Virus record (IMG/VR): IMGVR_UViG_3300026549_000067
Span: 17,514-81,513 of that record
Reading direction: 5' to 3' (one strand)
DNA length: 64,000 bases
Source of the DNA: a virus
Taxonomy: Duplodnaviria > Caudoviricetes
Both the position numbers and the translations under genes were made by a program. Positions within the stretch are counted from its first letter, which is position 1; each line of letters opens with the position of its first letter. Shown here one piece after another: positions 17,974 through 27,000 of this stretch. Below the pieces are notes generated by a model. The model was not told the origin of the DNA. It saw only the letters and a list, made by a program, of their open reading frames with translations, and searched no databases.

Positions 17974-20785
17974 TGTTTGTCTCCCTCTGCGGCACAATGA
18001 CCGTATCGTCATTCTCTGCATCATCCCATCCAAGACTAGTTATTGCGTAATACAGATCATAATCGTCACCCGATGTGGCATCCGTATCTAACGCAAGCCA
18101 TATGTCTCCTTCTGGAGTAATAAGGAATATTTGCTGTGTGGAATCAACAGCAGGGAAAGAAAAATATGTATCCGTTCCATCGTAAAATTCCAAACGAAAA
18201 TCATATGCTTCAGTGCCGACATTTTCCAACGTGATATCTTGTACACCAGAATTCCCTTCTACCTCAACGACAAGTTCTGGTTCTGATGGAAATACAGGAA
18301 TATACGACAACCGTTTGTAGATTGTTATTGTTCGGTCTGCTGTTACCGCACTTGTAACCCATCTAACGTGGAATGTAACATCATTACCAGTTTCTTCTAA
18401 ATAACCACCTGCTGATCTGTTTGCAGTTGCATCAAACGCATTTACAACTGCTCTGTTCCACACACCTTCTTTGTCTAATGTTGTGAGATTCACAAAATCA
18501 ATGTCATCAATAACTGCTGTGGTTGTTCTTGAATTTGTTGCAGGAGCAAAGCCGAGCTGTTTTGATGCTGTTGTTGAAAGTGACTCTGTTGAAAAGTACG
18601 CTCCGAGTGTTACCGTTTCTAATCGCAATGTATCGCGAAACATATCTTCCATATCTGTTACATCGGGAGTTCTGAAGGATGTAAGATCTAGCGAGGTAAG
18701 ATTCGTGCATTTTTGGAACATTCCATTCAGCGATGTAGCGTTTAACGTCACAAAATTTGATAAACTTAACTGCGAAACACTTGTCTCTTCGAACATATGC
18801 GCAAATGAAGTTACGCGTGCCGTGTTAAAGTTATTTACACGAAGTGATGTAATTGCTTTGCATCTAAAAAACATGTACGACATGTTTTCGACTTTTTCTG
18901 TATTGAAACCACTTATGTCAATTCCGCTAAGTACGTAGTTTGATTCAAACATCGATTGCATAGTAGTTACTTTTGATGTATCAAAACCGCTCAAATCAAC
19001 ATATGCGAGTTTATAACAACGAGCAAACATAAATGCCATCGTTGTTGCGCTTGAAGTATCGAAATTTTGCGTTATGCCTGTTTGAGTCAGTTCTCTACAA
19101 TCTGAAAACATGCTTGCGAACGTTGTACAGTTTGTCGGTGTAAAATACCTCAAGTTTAATGATGTCAGTGATCTGCACTCTCTAAACATTTCGTTCATGA
19201 TAGTTACGCTTGAGCAATCAAAAGAACTTCCGAACGTAACGTTTGTCAAATTGGTGTCTTTATAAAACATCACTGCTGTTTGCAAAAGTGCCGCGCTTGA
19301 AAAATTAGAAAGATCCAACAATGTAAGTGCCGTACACTCCCTAAACATACTCGACATTCTAGTAACTTTTGATGTATCAAACGATGAGACATTTATTGTT
19401 GTTGCGGATGAACATCCCCAAAACATCCCAGCCATGTTTGTGACATTCCCTGTAGAGAAATTACTCAGGTTTATGCTTTGTAATGATGAACACCCTCTAA
19501 ACATACAATACATGTTGGTAACGTTCCTTGTTGACAAACTACCCATGCTTAAAGTTGTCATTGAAGAACAATTTTCAAACATTGACTCAGTTGTTGTGCA
19601 TTGTGGTGCGGTTACACTTCCCATTGATATTGATGTAACCGAACTACAATTTCTAAACATAAACGACATATCGGTTGCTTGAGCAAAGGTTGCCGTTCCA
19701 AGGTTTATGCTTGGAATTTTAGAGCAACCAGAAAACATTGAGTGCAATGTTGTTGCAGATGAGTTCCCTGTTCCAGAAAAACTAATTGCCGTAGTAAGAT
19801 TTGAGCAACCGTAAAACATATAACTCAAATTTGTTGCTGATGCAATTTGCATATACCCTATGCCAGATATAGTTTCCAACGAAGTACAGTTGCTAAACAT
19901 GTATAAAAAGTTTGTATTTCTGGCAAATGTACACGAACTTCCAAGAGTTATATTTTTTAATGCCGTGCATCCGCTAAACATATTGCGCGCACTTGTTACA
20001 TTCCCTGTGTTCATTGACGTAATCGACAGACTTGTTAATGATGTGCAATCACGGAACAAATACCCCATATCCGTGACGGATGATGTCACTAACGATCCCC
20101 AGTTGCCAATTCCGCTGAGTTTTGTGCATCCCCAAAACATACCATACATACTTGTACACGAAGAAAACGGTGTGTTTGATGTTGGAAACCACACGTTTGC
20201 TAAAGATGTACAATCACGAAACATATAATTTGCACTTGGCATTTGTGACAAATTAGCAATACTTAAATCTGCGCGAGTAAGTCCAGAACACCCATAACAC
20301 ATTTGATATGCGTCCGTTGGCGTGACTCCGGCTTTGATTGTTATAGAAGTTAATTTTGTTAATCCCTCAAAAGCACTGCGCATACTTATCATATAACAAG
20401 TTGATGGAAACGAAGACGAATCAATGGTCGTTAAGTTGGGAAAAAACGAATAATACAAACGCGTTTTATTTGCTTTTGTGAATGCGCTACTCATATTTAT
20501 TGTTTTTACCGCATTTTTTTGTGCTGTTGTTAATGCATTTTCGTAATGCTTCATTACGATTGCTCCACGAACGCCAGACAATTCCGCATCCTCTCCACTT
20601 CCCTCTATAATTGGACTAATGGTTAGGACGCCAGTGTCGCTGATTGTCCATGTCGTACCACCTCGCATATTACGCGGAATTGATGATCCGCTCAAAGATG
20701 TATAATATGTGGTTGATTCTGATGGATTCACAGTATAATCATTATAACGTTGATAAACAATCATTCCGCTATAAACAGTTGCCAT
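17960..20785 (-). CDS. BspA/DUF285-type leucine-rich-repeat protein, probable receptor-binding protein
   Basis: Over 20 ~26-aa repeats L..F.TS.VT.M..MF..C; located in the tail module. Confidence 0.9.
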   Translation of the reverse strand: MATVYSGMIVYQRYNDYTVNPSESTTYYTSLSGSSIPRNMRGGTTWTISDTGVLTISPIIEGSGEDAELSGVRGAIVMKHYENALTTAQKNAVKTINMSSAFTKANKTRLYYSFFPNLTTIDSSSFPSTCYMISMRSAFEGLTKLTSITIKAGVTPTDAYQMCYGCSGLTRADLSIANLSQMPSANYMFRDCTSLANVWFPTSNTPFSSCTSMYGMFWGCTKLSGIGNWGSLVTSSVTDMGYLFRDCTSLTSLSITSMNTGNVTSARNMFSGCTALKNITLGSSCTFARNTNFLYMFSNCTSLETISGIGYMQIASATNLSYMFYGCSNLTTAISFSGTGNSSATTLHSMFSGCSKIPSINLGTATFAQATDMSFMFRNCSSVTSISMGSVTAPQCTTTESMFENCSSMTTLSMGSLSTRNVTNMYCMFRGCSSLQSINLSNFSTGNVTNMAGMFWGCSSATTINVSSFDTSKVTRMSSMFRECTALTLLDLSNFSSAALLQTAVMFYKDTNLTNVTFGSSFDCSSVTIMNEMFRECRSLTSLNLRYFTPTNCTTFASMFSDCRELTQTGITQNFDTSSATTMAFMFARCYKLAYVDLSGFDTSKVTTMQSMFESNYVLSGIDISGFNTEKVENMSYMFFRCKAITSLRVNNFNTARVTSFAHMFEETSVSQLSLSNFVTLNATSLNGMFQKCTNLTSLDLTSFRTPDVTDMEDMFRDTLRLETVTLGAYFSTESLSTTASKQLGFAPATNSRTTTAVIDDIDFVNLTTLDKEGVWNRAVVNAFDATANRSAGGYLEETGNDVTFHVRWVTSAVTADRTITIYKRLSYIPVFPSEPELVVEVEGNSGVQDITLENVGTEAYDFRLEFYDGTDTYFSFPAVDSTQQIFLITPEGDIWLALDTDATSGDDYDLYYAITSLGWDDAENDDTVIVPQRETNNGNT

Positions 20786-20791
20786 TCATTT

Positions 20792-23344
20792 TTACCTCTT
20801 AGAAATAACTATGTTTTTGCTCCTGTCTTCTTTAACGGAATAGTCCGTAAAGAAAAACGATTGCGTAACCTCACCGTTGATAAAATAGAACTTATCCTCT
20901 GCTATATATGCAGTTCGTACAGTTCCTTCGTAAAACTCAATAACTGAATTGCTAATTTCCTGTCGTGAACCGCTATTTGGATTTCCGATAACAGCTTTTT
21001 CACCATAAGATGCAATTTGATTCCCTTCGTAATAAACTTTAAAACCATCTTTTGTAGTGCTTGTTCCAAGGTTTCCATCTGAATCATATACATCGACAGA
21101 TTGGTTGTTAATGTTTATGCGACTTAAACTTCCTTCTTTCGCCCTGATATCAAGTCCAGATTCCTCTGACCATTGAATCATGTTGTAGAGGTTGTCAGAT
21201 GATATAAACTTGTATGTACTGCCATCGTATGTAAATGATGCTGTTGTTCCGCTTGGGAATGTGAGTTTATTATTTATGTCATCGCTCCCATTTATAGTAA
21301 CAAGTTTTGCACCAGTTCCATTTACATCCATCATCATTCTGTTTGATATGTTTCCGTTGATAAATGTCACGGCAAACTCCGTGCCCTCATACAATACGAA
21401 GTTTTGGAGAGATACTATCTTTTCTTGCGCATCGGATGATGTTTCACAAATTCCATATCTCGATTCTCTGCGCAATCGCTCCATTTCCTCTGTCAAATCT
21501 TCTGGAGATGGTGAATAATATGTATTTATGCTACCTTCTTCTAACTCTACTCCTGCGATTGATAAAGAGGAAAGTCCTGCGACTCTAAATAATACCCATT
21601 TCGGAATATTAATATCCCCTTGGTCTGATATAGTCCACTTAACCCAATATCTTTGCCAATCGTTTGTAAGTGTAAATGGAATAAGACCATCTGTGTTTGT
21701 GTTTGTTGTTCCTTGAGAATTAACACCTTGCGCAACGGTTGGATAACCAGATTCTCCGTAGAAGTAAACATACAATGTCGGATCTTGAATAGCATCTGCT
21801 CTTGCCCAAAACGACAATGTGTATGTCTTGCCCAACTCAACAAAAATGTTGTGCCATGCCAATATATCATAAAGCTGAGATGACTCAGTATTATCAAATG
21901 ATGCAACGGCACATTCTTTGTATAATCCTGCAAGTGTGCAATTCTGAGTATATAAACATCCGTTTGCGCTTCGATCCTGAGAAACAAAAAAATCTTGCGT
22001 GCCACGCAACAGGTTTGTCCCACCAACCTCAAGGTTGTCTACCTGTTCTTGTAGTTCCGCGATTAATTGCTCTGCCTGATCTGCATTCTCTGCAATCATT
22101 CTGCGCAGTTCTACATAACTTTTTGTTCTCTCGCTGAATCTTTCTGCGCTGTTTCTCGCAGGTGTTTCGGCATCGCATGACGTATTTTGAGGTTCTCCGA
22201 CAGTGAAACTTGTTCGCGTAATTAGCATTCTGTATTGATTGCCTGTTGGATCAAAATAATATGCAACATCGCCTGCTTCTATTGTCGGATCACTTGGATG
22301 TGATAATTCTACAATTCTGAATCTCAGACCAACCAATTTGCTTGCAAGATAATTAGCGACATACTGAATGTTGTCCGTGGTTATAAATTCATTATTTTCA
22401 AGCCTTACCGCATACCCTTCGGAACCAACAGTCCGCTCAATTATTGATTCACTCCCTGATGAATCTGTTGTTTTGGCTGACACAGTTACGCACGTAATAA
22501 CTACATCGTCAGTTGATACTTCTCCAGAATATCGTTGCGTGATGTAGTGAACGTTATTCCCTTGCGTGAACAATCCACCATCATATTCATCTCCGACATT
22601 CCACGGATTAAACGTCCCACCATCAGCGACATCTCCAGTTGCATACGGTGTTGCACTGTCAAAAATTCCACCGTCCAGTTCATCAACACTTTCAAACGCG
22701 TCTGTGTTAAACCATTTAAGTTCAAGTTCTCCATCTGTGTTGCATCTTGCATAACACCCAGCAATACCTGCTATCCACGAAACTATTTCTCTGTGTGTTG
22801 CATTTGTTGGTCTTGTTGCCACAGGAAGTGTACTGTTTGGAAACGTTGTAGTGGCAAGTGTTACTCCACATTCAGTGCAAGAGTCCGCGAGAATATCGGA
22901 CAATCTCATTGGATAAGACAGACTCGTTGTGTATTCCTTATCGAACTTCGACATATAATCGTGCATCTCAATAGTAATTAAACTGCCGTTGTACTTTGTG
23001 GATTGCTCGATATATGTACCTTTTTTGAACAAAAGCGTTTCAGATAATTCCATTCCAACGCTAAGTTCTATTGTTGCACCTGTAAAATCGTATTGAGAAT
23101 AATCTCCGTATATATTATTAATGACAAGCGTTGCTTTGTTGATTATTGCGCTACCAACAGTAAAAACTGTATCACCAGATACTGCATCTTCAATTGAAAA
23201 ACCGCCACTCCAAACATTCGCTTCTGTAAGATTCAAAACAGTATTGTTTTTTAGCGTGATTGTAGCGCGTTCAATATAATTTCTTCTATCTTCGTACAAC
23301 GCTTGCCTGTATTCTTGTTTTAATTCGGTTGATACATCAATCAT
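20792..23344 (-). CDS. baseplate hub/tail-associated protein with CBM-like insert
   Basis: Follows the distal tail gene; GGTNLL...YTLSFWA...WQRY carbohydrate-binding-like domain. Confidence 0.75.
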   Translation of the reverse strand: MIDVSTELKQEYRQALYEDRRNYIERATITLKNNTVLNLTEANVWSGGFSIEDAVSGDTVFTVGSAIINKATLVINNIYGDYSQYDFTGATIELSVGMELSETLLFKKGTYIEQSTKYNGSLITIEMHDYMSKFDKEYTTSLSYPMRLSDILADSCTECGVTLATTTFPNSTLPVATRPTNATHREIVSWIAGIAGCYARCNTDGELELKWFNTDAFESVDELDGGIFDSATPYATGDVADGGTFNPWNVGDEYDGGLFTQGNNVHYITQRYSGEVSTDDVVITCVTVSAKTTDSSGSESIIERTVGSEGYAVRLENNEFITTDNIQYVANYLASKLVGLRFRIVELSHPSDPTIEAGDVAYYFDPTGNQYRMLITRTSFTVGEPQNTSCDAETPARNSAERFSERTKSYVELRRMIAENADQAEQLIAELQEQVDNLEVGGTNLLRGTQDFFVSQDRSANGCLYTQNCTLAGLYKECAVASFDNTESSQLYDILAWHNIFVELGKTYTLSFWARADAIQDPTLYVYFYGESGYPTVAQGVNSQGTTNTNTDGLIPFTLTNDWQRYWVKWTISDQGDINIPKWVLFRVAGLSSLSIAGVELEEGSINTYYSPSPEDLTEEMERLRRESRYGICETSSDAQEKIVSLQNFVLYEGTEFAVTFINGNISNRMMMDVNGTGAKLVTINGSDDINNKLTFPSGTTASFTYDGSTYKFISSDNLYNMIQWSEESGLDIRAKEGSLSRININNQSVDVYDSDGNLGTSTTKDGFKVYYEGNQIASYGEKAVIGNPNSGSRQEISNSVIEFYEGTVRTAYIAEDKFYFINGEVTQSFFFTDYSVKEDRSKNIVISKR

Positions 23345-23353
23345 CTTGACGGT

Positions 23354-24007
23354 TTACCTTTCGATGAAGTCAAAACTGATTTTTTCTATCAGTTTTCTAT
23401 TCGTGAACCAAAATTTAACAGGCACACTTCGATCCCCTATGTAAAATGTTCGGGTTTCATATGTTCCAGACATCATATCTGGATATTTGACACTCATATA
23501 TTCGTTGTTTACTGCTCTTATGATAGTTGCCGTTTCTTCCCAATTCTTACCAACCCATTCAACTTTAAGTTTTCGCTTCTGGGCAACTCTGTTTTTGTGC
23601 ATCAGGGCATCGTCTGTTCTCAATATGTTATCGCACGGCTTTTTGTCCATGCATCAATACCATTGCAGTATTGTTCGGCGTACCTGTTCATCCATTCCTA
23701 TCGGATGGCGCGGACTCTTGGAAGTGTTATATCTTTTCAACTTCTACGCTCTGCCCCTGACCATGCTTTGCATAGTCTTCGGTTCGGATTGTGGTTGCAA
23801 ACCATTTCTCCGCTTAATTCCGCGCTGATAATTCGTAGCCTACTTGATAGGTTCGCTACGAACGGCAGTATCAGCAACTTCGCATTGAATACGTTACTGA
23901 CGTTGTTTACCTGATTCCCCCGCACTAACATCCTGCAAGCTCCATTCATAAGCTGATGGGCATGGCAATTTCGTACCATTCACGGTAATCATTATTTCTC
24001 TTGCCAT
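23354..24007 (-). CDS. distal-tail-like protein, two exons (23909-24007 + 23354-23620), 121 aa spliced
   Basis: Spliced product MAREIMITVNGTKLPCPSAYEWSLQDVSAGESG|RTDDALMHKNRVAQKRKL restores a continuous SG-RT-D-MH motif. Confidence 0.88.
23621..23908 (-). ncRNA. group I intron (288 nt, no homing endonuclease)
   Basis: 5' exon ends in U and the intron ends in G. P3 GCGCGG/CCGCGC; P7 GAGCGUA/UACGCC; P4-like AAUUAAGCGG...AAUCCG; P8 CAUCC/GGAUG; P7.1 GAAGU/ACUUC. Confidence 0.9.
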
Positions 24008-24062
24008 GTATTTACCTCAATTAAAGAAGGACACCCCACATTGAGATGCCCTTCCTTCTATA

Positions 24063-27000
24063 TTAATATTGCGCAACAGGATTGTATCTACTATCCAATT
24101 TTTGCTTGCCACGTTCAACGTGACGAGCCAACACTTCATCGTTCTCCATTTTGAGAACTGCGTTGACAATAATTTCCTGACTCTGCGGATTCATTGCCAT
24201 AGCCATTACAACTGCATCTGTAATGTCATCCTTAGATATTCCGAAGTTATCTCCAGATGCTCTTGCTATTGCATTTCCGATTGTTGCCATTGCTCTGCTG
24301 TCTTCCAATGGGAGAACCGCTTCGTCTCGACCTGCTTCTGCGACACCAATCACTTGACCAGAACCGCCTTTGAACAATCCACCTTTCTTCCACCAACCAG
24401 CAAATCTATACGTAGGTATACTTGGTGGATCAAGGCTAAAGCTACCAGATTTTTCAAAGTGCGGAACAGGTATGTGCGGCTTAGTGTTGGAAATATCCAA
24501 AGACCACTTTGTTCCGAACGTACTTTTCAGACTTCCGAACGCTTTATCAACCGAATCTTTTATACTTCCGAACTTCTTTTCTACTTTTTCACTAATGCTT
24601 TCAAGAGTCGATTTGAAACGTTCTGCCGCACTGCTGAAGCTACTACTCATCTTCTGTGAAATATTTGTAATTGCAGAATCGACAGTTGTTTTTACATCGC
24701 CCCATACTCTTGCTGTTTTTGTACTGATTGCATCAAATGCTGTCGATGTGACAGTTTTGATGTTGTTCCAGTTTGTGCTTACCTTTTTGTACGCTTCAGA
24801 CACAACCGTTGCAGTTTTTGTAGATACCGCTTGCCAAGCTGTCTTTACATCTGACTCAACGCCACTAAATGCTTCAGATGTTTTTGTTTTTATACTGTTC
24901 CATGCACTTGCTACTTTTGTTTGTGCATTTGTTGTAACCGTTGTGATCTTGTTTTCGATGTTGCCCCACACGGTTGACGCTTTGGACTCAACTGTACCAA
25001 GCACAGATGATGTTGTGGTGGAAACAGTGTCCCATGCTGATTTGACTCCACCTTTAATATCATCCCACGTCTCTTTGGTCTTTGTCTTGATAGAGTCCCA
25101 CGCAGATTTTATTCCGTTCCACAACTTTCCTGCGGCTTCTTTTATTTCTCCCCAATGTTTTACAATTGCAACAGTTACTGCAACAGCACCTGCAATTGCC
25201 GCTATAATAATCCAACCTGTCGGTCCGATTGCCGCCAACGCTCCACCGATTGCTGTTACTGCACTTCCAATTCCAGAAACAATTGAACTTAATCCACCCG
25301 ACACAGCACTTAGTATTGTCGGGAATCCTGCCGTGACTTGTCCTGCAAACGATGACATCAGATTCGAAACACCGCCTGCAAGTAATGTTCCGACAGATTT
25401 TCCTGTAAATGCTTTAACAATGTTGTTTGCAAAAGGAAGAAGTGCTGACCCGATCTTAAAAGCAATGAGTGCTTTAATGAGTCCTGATGCAAGAGATCCA
25501 GCTGGCGTAGATGACAATCCAGAAAGAATGCCGCCGAGTCCTGTCATGATTGCTTCGCCAACAACCTTGAGGATCTTGCTCCAAGGAATCTGTTGAAGCA
25601 TTTCTGCAAGACCTTTTCCAAAGTCTTCCCAGTTTGTTTCTTCTATAATAGATATAAGCGTATCGCAAAGGTTTCCAATGAAGTCACCAAGTGCTTCACC
25701 GTTTTCTTTCCACTTAAAGTTTTTGATAAAAGTATTTATACCGTCAGTGATGTTTTTCGCTATATCATCCCAATGCACTGTTTTTGAGAAGTTACTTAGC
25801 GTTGTAAACAAACCGTTCAACGAAGTTGTCATTGCCTTGGCAACGGTTGTCCAACTGATAGCACCATTCAAACCGTTGATACCTGCCCCAAGCTTCTTGC
25901 CAAATTCATCCCACTTGAAATCCTTGGCAAACCCATATAACGTGTTCCAGAGGATCATAAATTTGTTTCCAAATAATTTTCCGATCTCTCCGAAATTGAC
26001 CTTGTTGACAAGTCCGTTTGCGAATTCTGCAAATGCGCTACCAATCTCTTCCCACTTTATATCTTTGAGAAGCCTGTTGACCGCATATACAATATCGTTT
26101 ATCCCTTCGCCTACAGTTTTTCCAAGCAGTTCCCAGTTAACGTTTTTGACAAGACTATTAAACGTACTTGTGAATCCAGTTATAAACGGATCAACTTTTT
26201 CTTTAAATTTATTGAAATCTAAGATTTTGTATAGTTTTTTTAAACCATCATTGATTCCGCTTGCGATTTCTGCTCCAAGTAAGTCCCAATCACCCTTCTC
26301 AAATGCCGCTTTACACCGCTCTGCCCAATCACTTATAGCATCAGGAAGTTTACCTGCTTCGCTATTATTCATCAGGTCGCTCCAATCAAGGAGATCTTTT
26401 CCGAGATCGCCAAGCGCACCTGCTCCACCGCCACTACCAGAGCCTTTACTTGATGATGTGGATTCTCTGTCTTTGTTAAGTTGATTCAGTTCATCAAACG
26501 GAAGAACCGACAAATCTTTTTTCAGCTTTTTGGCCGCTTCGTCAGCATCCTCAAGACCGCTTGCTGTTCCGTTTGCCGCATCTTCAAGTTCGGAAGTATC
26601 ATCTGTCATAGATGACGCATCAAAAGCCATGCCAGATGCACCGCCCTTATACTTCCCGAAGATGGTTTGCATAAATGTCGCAAATGCCGTTGCTCCCTTA
26701 ACGAGATATTTCATCATCGTATTAAGCCACACAACAACATGTCTGATTGCTGAAGCAAGTCCAACACCAATCTGTGTGCCAACTTCTGACAAGTATGCTT
26801 TTAATGTTCTAAGGCTGTTGGCTAAACTCTTATTCGTGCGCTCGAAGTCTCCCGATTGCAATTCCGTAGCGTGCATCAGGTAGTTGTATCTCAACATTAC
26901 CTTTTCCGCTTGCGTCATTGCATTGTACTTCGTGGTAATACCTTGTGCTTGTGCGTACTCTTGCAGTGTTGCCGCAGTAAGGTCAATACCTAAATCACGC

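Noticed and set aside
17960-20785. Second DGR target in LRR protein or elsewhere
   Set aside because: I saw no other match to the TR by eye; a full alignment would be needed to exclude it.
23737-23979. 80-aa ORF, and start of ORF 23354-23650
   Set aside because: These are out-of-frame or intron-derived artefacts; the spliced gene explains the region.
24370-26484. Long plus-strand ORFs (408 aa, 268 aa)
   Set aside because: Antisense shadows of the tape measure gene, with no RBS or motif support. The same applies to most plus-strand ORFs in the track.
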